A DNA stretch of 64,000 nucleotides from Macrostomum lignano (lineage: Eukaryota), in NCBI GenBank assembly GCA_002269645.1, contig NIVC01001813.1, positions 124,001 through 188,000 of the forward strand. Direction: 5' to 3'. A model generated the notes under the pieces. The model made no database searches. It was not told where the DNA came from and worked only from the letters and a program-made list of their open reading frames with translations. The position numbers were made by a program, and so were the translations under genes. This document shows positions 49,456-60,870 of the stretch, piece after piece (position 1 is the stretch's first letter; each line of letters begins with the position of its first letter).

Positions 49456-50776
49456 CTAGCTGTAGGGCTGCACATAGTTGTAGGGGAACACGCCGCGCCG
49501 CCCATCCTCAGTCTCGCCCAGCCACCAACTCTCGTCCTCCTTGCCCAGTACAGTGATGACGTCATTCTGACGGAACCGCAGCTCGTCCGGATCCTGCGGA
49601 TTGAAGTCGAACAGGGCCACCACCCGCTGCTGGCTGGGCAAGGCGGTGGTCTGGGGTCCGGCCAGGGCGGCCGGGGCGGCCCTGTTCTGGGCAGGGCCTG
49701 AGGGCACCGCTACCGGGTCCACCATGTCGCGCAGCAGCATGTGGCTGTTAGTCTGGCTGATGGAGTTCAGCCTGTGGTATTGGATCATCTGGTTGATGCT
49801 GTCGAACTTTGTAAACCACAGGTAGTACTTGCCGGCCTCGTCTTTTAGCACCTGCGCACGTGGATTGTTTGCGAGGTTAGCGTTGCACTGTACATCGGCC
49901 CCGCTTCGCAGGGGTACAGGGACAAGCTGCGCCAACCCCACTCCGCTGGGGTACAGGGACAAGCTGCGCCAACCCCACTCCACAGGGGTACAGGGACAAG
50001 CTGCGCCAACCCCACTCCGCTGGGGTACAGGGACAAGCTGCGCCAACCCCACTCCACAGGGGTACAGGGACAAGCTGCGCCAACCCCACTCCGCAGGTTG
50101 CAGGGACAAGCTGCGCCAACCCCACTCCACAGGGGTACAGGGACAAGCTGCGCCAACCCCACTCCACAGGGGTACAGGGACAAGCTGCGCCAACCCCACT
50201 CCGCAGGTTGCAGGGGCAAGTTGCGCCAACCCCACTCCGCTGGGGTACAGGGACAAGCTGCGCCAACCCCACTCCACAGGGGTACAGGGACAAGCTGCGC
50301 CAACCCCACTCCACAGGGGTACAGGGACAAGCTGCGCCAACCCCACTCCGCAGGTTGCAGGGGCAAGTTGCGCTAACCCCACTCCGCTGGGGTACAGGGA
50401 CAAGCTGTACCTGCACCAAACAACCAACCTTGAAGTGCTGCAGCTGGTTGCCGAATTTGACGCTGATGCTGAAGTCCGGAGCCGTGGTCTCACTGGTGCG
50501 CACCAGGAACGCTCCGTCAGGCTGTATCAGGGTGCCCCGGGCGTCCCGCTTAAGCAGGAGCTCCTCAGCGTGGCTTCTAGTGCAGTTCGGCACGTACCAC
50601 GAGTGGTCAGCCATGCGAACGTAGTTGCTGGGCACGAGGCCCGACTGGCCATTCAGCTCGGCCAGGTACCAGCCTGGATCAACGTCCATGCTGAGCACCT
50701 TAAGCAGCTGATTTTTGCTAAATCTCAATTCGTCACTGTTCGACGGAGTAAAGTCGTGCAGTGCAACGGCTTCCAT
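49456..50776 (-). CDS. GRB2: SH3-SH2-SH3 adaptor GRB2/Drk/Sem-5, 2 exons (50776..50429; 49851..49456), 247 aa
   Basis: N-terminal SH3 MEAVALHDF...DELRF...WYLAEL.GQSGLVPSNYV. SH2 WY...GAFLVRTSE...DFSISVKFGNQLQHFK|VLKDEAGKYYLW. C-terminal SH3 VVALFDFNPQDPDELRF..WW.GE..GRRGVFPYNYV. GT-AG intron, phase 0. Confidence 0.96.
49908..50410 (+). repeat. 36/37-bp minisatellite in the GRB2 intron
   Basis: Unit GGGGTACAGGGACAAGCTGCGCCAACCCCACTCC(ACA/GCT). Confidence 0.95.
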
Positions 50777-50967
50777 TGCTCTAGTATTGTTTTCAGTCTT
50801 TCTTCATGCAAGCAACATGGTTAGGATTTGTACTGCTGCAGAGAACACTAAGATCAATGGTGTAAGGCGAATTTCTGTTGCAAACTTCTAATTGCCAATG
50901 GCAACAGTTGGTTGGTAAGAACAATAGTCCAGTTAGTAATGCAACTGCTAAGAACGGTTTGGTTGCT

Positions 50968-51598
50968 AATGTCACTGGCCTAGCTGGTATGTCACTAGCC
51001 TAGTTGGTATGTCACTAGCCTAGTTGCTAATGTCACTAGCCTAGTTGCAATTGTCACTGGCCTAGTTGCAATTGTCACTGGCTTAGTTGCAATTGTCACT
51101 GGCCTAGTTGGTATGTCACTAGCCTTAGTTGGTATGTCACTAGCCTAGTTGCAATTGTCACTGGCTTAGTTGCAATTGTCACTGGCTTAGTTGCTAATGT
51201 CACTGGCCTAGTTGCAATTGTCACTGGCCTAGTTGCTAATGTCACTGGCCTAGTTGCTAATGTCACTGGCCTAGTTGCAATTGTCACTGGCCTAGTTGCA
51301 ATTGTCACTGGCCTAGTTGCTAATGTCACTGGCCTAGTTGCAATTGTCACTGGCCTAGTTGCTAATGTCACTGGCCTAGTTGCAATTGTCACTGGCCTAG
51401 TTGCAATTGTCACTGGCCTAGTTGCTAATGTCACTGGCCTAGTTGCAATTGTCACTGGCCTAGTTGCTAATGTCACTGGCCTAGTTGCAATTGTCACTGG
51501 CCTAGTTGCTAATGTCACTGGCCTAGTTGCAATTGTCACTGGCCTAGTTGCTAATGTCACTGGCCTAGTTGCAATTGTCACTGGCCTAGTTGCTAATG
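50968..51598 (+). repeat. 21-bp minisatellite between CNOT2 and GRB2
   Basis: Unit TGTCACTGGCCTAGTTGC(AAT/TAA). Confidence 0.95.
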
Positions 51599-52560
51599 AA
51601 AGCTGTTGGTTGCTAAGGCTTGGCCTAATTATATTCTAAGGCTGGGTTGAATTCAAGAAACGAACCAGGCTGGCAAGGGCGTCAGCGCAGAGTTGCAAAC
51701 AAACAGTTATACGCAGTTTTATTTAGGCCGTTGGTGCTCCGACTCCGAAGTTAATGTAATTAAGAAGCGGCGAGTTTCACTTGGTTACTACTTGTTAGCG
51801 TAAATGCAGCAATAAAGGGAGCCCGAGCCCCCCCCCCCCGTCTGACACGCATTTTGAGCCTGACTCCTCAGCTGCAGATAGCAACAATAACAAACTATAC
51901 TCGATGTCCATAAAGAGCGTTGCGTATCCTTAAGAACACTCGGTCACCATGCCTACACTGAGCATTGAGTGTTCTTTGTTATCTATTTGTAATCCTGCTC
52001 ATAAAGAGCATTAAAGGTCAAGAACCTGAACACAAAGAACATTTAAGGTCATGAACTCTGCCCATAAAGAACATTTAAGGTCATGAACCCTGTCATAAAG
52101 AAACTCAACTCGCCCTTCAGCTGAACGTCAAGAGGTGTGCAACGGCATCTGCTATGAGTCGCACTAGCTAAACACAACCTGCGAAATAGCGGAATTAAAA
52201 TCCAACTGGAAAAATCATGCCAGTAAAACTACAGAAAAAATAACAAAATTAGAACGAAATTTGCATAAAGAGCGGAGCTTTGCCATTGCCGCGTACGGAA
52301 CTCGAAATGCAGTCCTAGGTATAACGGAATTGCGAATTGGAGAGGGCAGAGAGAAAGACCGAGTCATTCAGGGCAGGCGGGCAGACTGACAGACATACTA
52401 AAAAGACAGATAGACAGACAGACAAACAGGCAGTCACAAACACTAAGACAGACACAGTCAGTCAGACAGTCAGACAGACAGACAGACAGACAGACGCAGA
52501 CAGGCAGTTTTTCCAGACCAAAGCCGCTATTCCAGGTAACAAAATTCACAAGCCGTCTCC

Positions 52561-54722
52561 TCAGTGGAAGCCGTTGGCGGGTGCGGCAGCGGGCGCCGCG
52601 GTCACCAGCCCGTTGCCGCCGCCGCTGCCAGACGGTACCGCCGGGTCCGGGAAGTTGGCAGGCGAGTCGTCAATCTGGTCGTAGTGAATGGCGAACTCCC
52701 GGGCCTGCACAGACCAGCTGTCCGTGTCCCAGCACAGGTAGCGGCCCCGCTCGCCCTCAGCTCCGGACAGCCGCTCGTGCTTGTCGCCTGACCGCGTCAC
52801 CCACAGCCTGTCGGCTTTCACCCAGCGCCAGTGCCGCTTGTGCAGCTCCTTGGCGGCGCACAGCTGCAGCCGGTCGCAGGTGCAGGCGTAGAACATCCAA
52901 AACAGCGTCTCCACGGGCAGCTGGTCCAGCGGGGGCGGCGGCAGGCGGTCCCGGACTTGAAGGCCGACCAGGTACTCCAGCGGGACGGGATGGTCCGAGT
53001 ACTGCGGCTTGTGCAGGCAGCAGTCGGACAGGGGCGACGCCAGCAGGGGGTGGAGGTCGCTGCGGAGCGGCAGAAAGGCTTCTTAATAGAGTTGGGGATG
53101 CGGGAGGTTAAAAAAACGCAGACTGAGGGCGGCGGCGGTCCAGAAACTGAGGATCTGGGAGGCTGGCCCAGCAACTGATTCTGGGAGGCTGGTACTGCAA
53201 CTGAGGATCTGGGAGGCTGGCACTGCAACTGAGGATCTGGGAGGCTGGTGGCCCAGCAACTGAGGATCTGGGAGGCTGGTGGCCCAGCAACTGAGGATCT
53301 GGGAGGCTGGCACTGCAACTGAGGATCTGGGAGGCTGGTGGCCCAGCAACTGAGGATCTGGGAGGCTGGCCAAGCAACTGAGGATCTGGGAGGCTGGCCC
53401 AGCAACTGAGGATCTGGGAGGCTGGCCCAGCAACTGATGATCTGGGAGGCTGGCCAAGCAACTGAGGATCTGGGAGGCTGGCCCAACAACTGAGGATCTG
53501 GGAGGCTGGCCCAGCAACTGAGGATCTGGGAGGCTGGCCCAGCAACTAATGATCTGGGAGGCTAGCCAAGCAACTGAGGATCTGGGAGGCTGGCCCAACA
53601 ACTGAGGATCTGGGAGGCTGGCACTGCAACTGAGGATCTGGGAGGCTGGCACTGCAACTGAGGATCTGGGAGGCTGGTGGCCCAGCAACTGAGGATCTGG
53701 GAGGCTGGTGGCCCAGCCTGAGGATCTGGGAGGCTGGTGGCCGAGCCTGAGGATCTGGGAGGCTGGCCCACCCTGAGGATGTGGGAGGCTGGCCAAGCAA
53801 CTGAAGATCTGGGAGGCTGGCGGTCTTTCACTGATAGTTCACATGCACGACAAAGGGGCTGGTGTAATACTTGGATGAATAAACTACTCTTAATGCATAT
53901 TAGATGCACAGTTATTAACAACTTGCATACAAAAATACTTTCACGCAGTCAAGGCCATCCATCCGCATCTGAAGGAAGTTCTACACAGCCCTATAGTATA
54001 GAAGGTAAACTTAGAATAGAAATCAGACAGACATGCACACCAGAAAAAAGGTCCACGAGAAAACTGCAGTGCAGCTGCAGCCTTGGGGTGGGCCGCTGGC
54101 TCGGGCGCAAGGCACTTACTTCCTCTCGCTGCTGCAGTGCGCGAACTGACATTGCTGGGGTGTACCTTCACACTGACAGTGGCATGCGCTGCGACCTGGC
54201 TGCAGCCCCGCCCTCCCGGTCATGCAGCCCCCATCCTCCTCGTCATGCAGCCCCTACCCTCCCGGTCATGCAACCCCCACCCTCCTGGTCATGGAAGCCA
54301 CCCTCCTGGTCATGCAGCCCCCACCCTCCCGGTCATGCAGCCCCCACCCTCCCGGTCATGCAGCCCATCCCTCCCGGTCATGGCAGAGCCGCCACTCACC
54401 CTTGCTGGGTCATCGGCAGGCCGACGCCATTGGGGTCCACGCCGCGCCCGATGAACCTGGTGTCCTCGCGGTTCTCCTCGCACAGCCGAATGAAGGACAG
54501 CAGGCCGAGCATGCCAAACCTGTCCCGGATGACGCGGCTGCCGCTGCCTCCGCCACCGCCGCAATCGATAGAAAAGCGCGCCAGTTCGTCCACGAGCTCC
54601 TCCCGTTCGCCGCTCAGGCCGCTTGGAGCGGCGGGCAGAGCCGGGAAATCCTCCTGCTGGATGGAGAACTCGGCAGAAGCGGCTCCCGGATTTCTGCTCA
54701 CAGCGGCAACAAAGCTGGGCAT
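52561..54722 (-). CDS. CNOT2: CCR4-NOT subunit 2-like (NOT box), 2 exons (54722..54400; 53059..52561), 273 aa; the N-terminus may extend upstream
   Basis: Motifs EFSIQQEDFPALP, DRFGMLGLLSFIR, ASP..., VPLEYL and ETLFWMFY..DRLQLCAAKELHKRHWRWVKADRLWV..ERGRYLCWD..W....EFAIHYD match CNOT2/Not2 as recalled. Donor GG|GTGAGT at 54399, acceptor CCGCAG| at 53060, phase 2. Confidence 0.85.
53145..53820 (+). repeat. 28-31-bp minisatellite in the CNOT2 intron
   Basis: Unit CAACTGAGGATCTGGGAGGCTGGCCCAG. Confidence 0.95.
54200..54385 (+). repeat. 23-bp minisatellite at the 5' end of the CNOT2 intron
   Basis: Unit CATGCAGCCCCCACCCTCCCGGT, about 8 copies. Confidence 0.9.
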
Positions 54723-57700
54723 GGCGGAGTGCGGCTGCTGCGGCTCCCTGCTTGACCGGCGCGAGTGTCGCCGCCTGCGTCGCTTCTCGCCCTCGCCCTG
54801 GCCCTCCTTGTTACTATCGGTGTGATGCTTATTGCCAGCCAGTTGGCCACTGAGCCTGTCTTCTTTTGCAAGCAACTGCGAATTCGGCTTCAGGCTGGCA
54901 ATGGAGAAGCTGTTTGCTGAGCTCGGAATTTTGACAGCGTACTGGATTTATGTAAGGCCAGAATGCAGATAGGCTTTTATAGTGGCTGGCCACCATGAAT
55001 GGTTTTGCATTGCATTTAGTCAAATATGACTGCATGCATCCCACTGCGGGATTATAACAGCAATAAAGGTGCAGATTGTTTTCCTATTTGCAATACAAAA
55101 CAAAGTTCTTCCATTCAAGCAAACTCTCATATGTATTAATAATAATGCCATAAATATTTCCATTTCAATTAAATTTTCCTTCTATATAAAACATTTAATC
55201 AAATATAATGTACATACTGTATCTTCTAGCAATTATGGTTATGCAATTAATTATTGATTATGGTTAAACCCTTGCTAAATACAAATTTATTATTTTATCA
55301 AAGCATATATTTTAAATCTTAATATAAATAATGACATATTGCTTGGCAATATAATTTATCCTTTATAACAGGTTTTATTAATCTATTATCTTTATTTCCT
55401 AACTATATTTTATAGTATTGTATATAACATTATTTTTATACCAAGTAGTTAGCCTTTTTTTGAAGTAGAACAAAAGCCAAAGGCTTTAATTATATTAAGC
55501 TTATATAAAGTAATCAATATTTATGAAACCCTAGCCAATATTGTCTCATTTGTCTGCATCTTTAAACTATTGTAGTTCAAAACTCCAATTTATTTTTTAC
55601 CATATTTAATAAGCTAAGAATGATAAAAGGACAAAATGAATAAGTTGTACTATGCATTTTTTATTACTTTTAGGCATGGGATATTTATACCTAAAGTGAT
55701 TAGCCAAAATATAAAGATATTTTTGCTGCAGTGTGTCACACTTGTTATTTGGGTTTGGAAATATTTGCTTGGCTTTTACATTTAGTAGCACTTGCCATTT
55801 GTGTGCTTAGCTATATTAGGTTAGGACCTATACTATCTAAGTCCCTGTCATAAGCTACAAAGTTATATACTATTGTGCAACTATAATATCATTTTTTCCT
55901 TTTTGCCACACTATGCTACACTGCCAAAGAGACCTATCTATAAAGTATAGCATTATAGATTTACCCAGCCATTTCTATTGGTAACACAGTAATTTACATA
56001 TGTCTGTTGCCAATATGGCCAGGTCCCAGGTGATTTTCAAGATGTATATATAAGATGCTTACTATCTAGATACTTTTTGGGGGATGGGGAAGTAAATATT
56101 GCTAGTTTTATTTTATGGTAACTGAAATAAATATGCTATAAATCATACATGCCCAACCCCCTTGATTTACACTGGCCATGCAACTTAATTTTTTACTAAA
56201 AATATAACTTACCTATTAAAAAACCCTAAAGCAAAAACAATACAACTTTGGATAAATGGAGGAGTAACTATGACTGTCTTATTGCCTCAATGCTAAATGC
56301 CTCATAAGCTAATTAGTGCTATATCTGTATTCTTTGTTGGGATGGGGATAGCGCTATATATGACCACCTCCTGATATGTAATCAATGCACTAAAGTTAGA
56401 CGCTAAGAAATTTGAAATTATCGATTGTAACCATTAGAGTATAAAGTTGTCTACTCTTGGTCTTGGGGCATTGTACATTAAACAGCTAAAGGCAAAGCCC
56501 ACCATGAATATCCAACTTGGTGGTAGAGGGGCGAATGTCCATCTAAGGATGTTCTGACCCAATGTGCTTGCCTCTTATTTAGGGCCATCTAACTCTGCTA
56601 CTTATACTTGCATCATTTTGGCTTACTAGACTTAAAAATTTACCATCTTTCTGATCTATATTTTGCCTGAAGATGCCAATTGTTCAACAAAACATGTTGT
56701 GCAAAGATTAGGCCCTAATAAATTGTAATTTCATAGCCATCATAGCCATAGGCCTAGATTATTAAAGAAAAAATGAGAATATCTACCATGCAACTTCTAG
56801 ACCTCCACAAACTGACAAATATGGCCTAGGCTAGGCCCTACCACTACCAGTCTTAATCCTAGATCTAGGCTAGCCCTAGCTAGGCCTAAGTATTTGACTT
56901 ATCTAGCATTCTGCTTAAAAAGCCTAAATTACAGACATTTTTTTATATTAGGCCTGGCCAATCTTTCAATGCAACTCAAATGTCAATGTCAGAAATTCAG
57001 AATCAAATGCCAGTGAAATAGTGTCATGAAAATTGAAATAAGCTTACAATAGCTATAGGCCTAAGCTATATCCCCAGTATATATGGCTTGGCCTTGCAGT
57101 TGCAGTTGCACCATCATTGATTTGTCATTCGCCACTTTACATTTACATATACTAAATTGCTAAATTAAATATCTTCCCATACTACAATTATCCATTAGGC
57201 TAGACCTAAGAGTTAGGTGGGAGGGGGGAGGCAGGTGCATGACTGTCTACTCATGCAGTTCGCTTGATTTAGTGAACTACGGAAATATTTTAAGGGTCAT
57301 TAAAAAGTAGCAATAAAGTCTTTAATTTTGTGACAATAAAAAATTTTAAACCACAGGTAAAAAAGCATAAGTTTCTAAACTAATAGTCTTTTTTATTCGC
57401 AGTAAGCTTGCTATGTGTTGTTTTAATGACTTTTAATTACATTGCTAAAACTTAAAATGTTTTTTTTTCTTCGAAAGCAAATGCCATATTTATAAATCAT
57501 TCCAGTCTTGTCGTCTAAATTTTTCCATTTTTCAGGCATCAAACATCGCTCCTAAATTAGACACCATTGTTTCTGAATGAAACGCTACTTATCGCCTAAG
57601 TGAAAAATTTCCTTGTTCCTGGAATGATCTGTTGCCAAAAGGCTTGGCACCCACAATGCCAATACATAACATCAGATAGCCATGACATGACAGATGACAA

Positions 57701-58274
57701 GTGAAGTGACAACAATAGTTTGAAACAATTGTTCATATTAAGCTCATTTTTTATAATTTATTCTAAAGTAAATGAGAATGCTGCTGAAAATAAAATGCTC
57801 TTATTTTGTTTTTATATACAGTGTATATGGCCTATTCTATAGCTTCATTAAATTTACAAAATCTGTTTTCTTGTCTTTTTTTCTTATATATGAGCTGAGC
57901 AAAGTCACTAAGCTATATCATTTAATAGTTTTTACAGCTATAGATATATTAATATCATACATTATTTAATGATTTATACTGTTACAAGCTGTTGAAACCC
58001 GCGGATTTTGAACCCGGGGAATTCCAATCCCCGGAACTACTTTTGCATGTATTCTGAAATCTAAGGCCATACACAAACAAATTAATGTTAGTAGGATAGA
58101 GGTAGACATAAAATGGAGCACATTCGTGTAAAATTAGGGTTTGAGGCAAACATTGATATTGTTGGCTGGGGTACTCCGAAGAATGTCAGGCAATGTCTGT
58201 TTGACTCTAAAACATGTATTGGCAAACTCTGGCCTCTCCCTGACTCTCCCTACGTCCCTTAGATCCTTTAAAAT

Positions 58275-58907
58275 TTCTATCGTCTCTTCTGTTTCCTCTC
58301 TTCTCTCTCGTCCCTCGTCTCTTCTCTCTCCTCTCTCTTCTCTCCTCTCTTCTCTCGTATCTTCCCTCATCTCTCTTCTCTTTCATCTCTCTTATCTCAT
58401 CTCTTGTCTCTTCTCTCTACTCTTTCCCCTCTCTCTCTCCTCTCTACTTTTCGTCTTCTCTCTCCTCTCCTCTCTCCTCTCTACTCTTTCGTTTTCTCTC
58501 TCCTCTCTTCTCTCCTATCTTCTTTCGTATCTTCCCTCATCTCTCTTCTCTTTCATATCTGTTATCTCATCTCTTCCCTCTTCTTTTCTCTCTCCTCTCC
58601 TCTCTCCTCTCTCCCCCTCTTCTCTCGTCTCTTCCTTCTCCTCTCTATTCTTTTCTCTCTTCTCTTAACTCTCTTCTCTACTCTCTCATCTCTCCTCTCT
58701 ACTCTTTCCTCTCTCTCTCCTCTCTCCCCTCTTCTCTCGTCTCTTCTCTCACCTCTTTCCTCTCATCTCTTTTCTTGTTTTATCTCTTCTCTCTCCCCTC
58801 GTCACTCGTCTCTTCCCTCACCTCTCTTCTCTCTTGTCTGCATTTTTATCTCTCCTTTCTCTTCTTTTATTTTTTCTCTCTTATCTCTTCGCGTTTCTCT
58901 CTGCTCT

Positions 58908-58974
<67 letters not shown>

Positions 58975-59600
58975 TCTCCTCTCCCATCTCTCTTCTCCTC
59001 TCTACTCTCTCCCCTCTTCATTCTCCTATTTCCTCTCCTCTCTCCTCTAGTCTCTGTAATCTCTTCTCTCTTCTCTCTCCTCTGTTCTCTCTACTCTCCC
59101 ATCTCTCGTCTGTTCACCCTCATCTCTGCTCTCTCATCTGTCATCTTTACTCTCTTATACGTTCTCTCACTTATCTCCTCTGTACTCTTCTCTTTCACCT
59201 CTTCTGACTCCTCTCTTTCCTTACTCCTCTCTTCTTTTCTCTTCCCTCTTCTATACTCTCTTATCTCTATCTCTTCTCTTCTCACTCCTCTCTCCCCCTC
59301 TTATCTCTTCTCTATCCTTTCTACTCTCTCCTCTCCTCTTGACCCTCTGTCATCTTCTTTCTGCTCTCTCATCTCTACTCTCTTCTCACTCTTCTTTACT
59401 CTCCTCTCATCGATCCTCTGTCTCATCTCTCCCCTCTTCTCACCTTTACTCTTTCCTCTCCCTCCTTTCTCCCCTCCTCTCGCTTCTTCCTCCCTTCTTC
59501 TCTGCTCTCTCCTCACCACTTGTCTCTCCTCTTATCTTCCATGTTTTCTCTTACCCCCCTCTCGCCTCTCCTCTCTTCTAATCTCTTCTTCTTCTATCTC
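58275..59600 (+). repeat. CT-rich degenerate low-complexity tract with a pure (CT)n core at ~58905-58970
   Basis: Near-homopyrimidine sequence over 1.3 kb. Confidence 0.93.
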
Positions 59601-60419
59601 TTCTAAGTCTACCGGTATTCCTTCTCCTTTCCACTCTCATCTGGCCCGCACATAAGCTGGATTCTTTATCTGGCTTTTGAAGTAAAAGTCTGCCGATCCC
59701 TGCTTCGAAAGCCAGTTTGTGGGACGTACTACTCTCATCGTTATTCTCATGCTTTGATCACGTCATCTTTCTTGCCAATTTGCAGCCCTGAAAGGAATTT
59801 GTGTATCTTCAGCTCCACTGCAGTCTGCATCAGTCTAACAACCAAGGAAATACGCATTTCTTAGGCCATTTAAATTTCAAAGTACTTTTAAGAGAAACTT
59901 AAAATTTCCATGGTGTGCCTAATTTAGTAGGGTTGTATTTCATTGCATCGCATCGCCTTTTCATAAATATTTCGCTTTTACAAACCATGCTTGATTGCCT
60001 CGATTTGCCAATTGCCATCCACTGTTAAACTGCTGCAGAGTTTGCCTATACAGAGGGGAGGGCAGTGGTTAGAATTCTCACTAAACTGTTATGGCTAAAC
60101 GTAGCCTCTCCACTCTCGGGGTGCGAGATTGCGAGAAGGCTATAAATAAAGTTATTCCAAAACACTGTACATTTGCTATGTACATTCAGTCCTATCGCCT
60201 GACCCTTCGTCTGGCTCTGGGGAATGAGTGAGTGAGTGGCACAAACAACAGAAAAAGCAGACAAACTTCACATGCTTACAGTTTCTTTTTCGGTTGAGTT
60301 ACAGAGTTGAAACTTTACATTTAGATAGAGAATGAGTCAATGAAGAATTGTGTCAAGTTTAAAGTCAATCGCTTTACGTGGAGCAAACTTATGGCAGCTG
60401 AAAGTTAGTCAATTTTGAA

Positions 60420-60870
60420 ACCCTTTTACACATCTGGGCCCAGATCGGAAAAGAGAGGCAGGCGGGCGGAGGTTGGGGTGGTTGCTACGCTGAAAAAACA
60501 GCCTAACTTTAAAAGTGCACAGCGGCTTTCAGGATTAACTTTGAGATTTGAAATTTTACACGATTGTGTCAAAATAGTTGAAAATTGCCTGTGTCAAATT
60601 TGAAGAGAATCGGTAGAAGTGGAGCGGCGCTATGGAGGATTTAGTGAAAAAATCGCGCATTTTGAGCAGTTTTTTTTACTTTTAGGTAGGAAGACTTGAG
60701 TCTAGGAAATTAAAAGGTAGCCTAAGACATTCTCCGTAGTAAGTTTAGGGTGGGTGTAAAGTTTGGTGTCATTTGGTTGAGCGGTTTCGGAGTCCATAGC
60801 GATCAAAATTGTCCACACACAGACAGACAGACAGACAGACAGACAGAGTTTTGATTTTTATATGTAGAGA
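60420..60870 (-). mobile_element. Helitron-like non-autonomous element, 5' end (3' end not located)
   Basis: The minus strand begins A|TCTCTACATATAAAAATCAAAAC, followed by (TCTG)n and GAAACCGCTCAACCAAAT...AAACTTT. This is the TC start plus microsatellite plus AAACCG motif layout known from invertebrate non-autonomous Helitrons (Lep1/DINE-1 type). Confidence 0.5.

Noticed and set aside
7640-54385. CRISPR-like appearance of the 23-37-bp repeat arrays
   Set aside because: The units are head-to-tail with no unique spacers, there are no cas genes, and the context is eukaryotic and intron-containing.
58141-59655. Leu/Ser-rich hydrophobic ORFs resembling membrane proteins
   Set aside because: They are translations of the CT-rich low-complexity tract.
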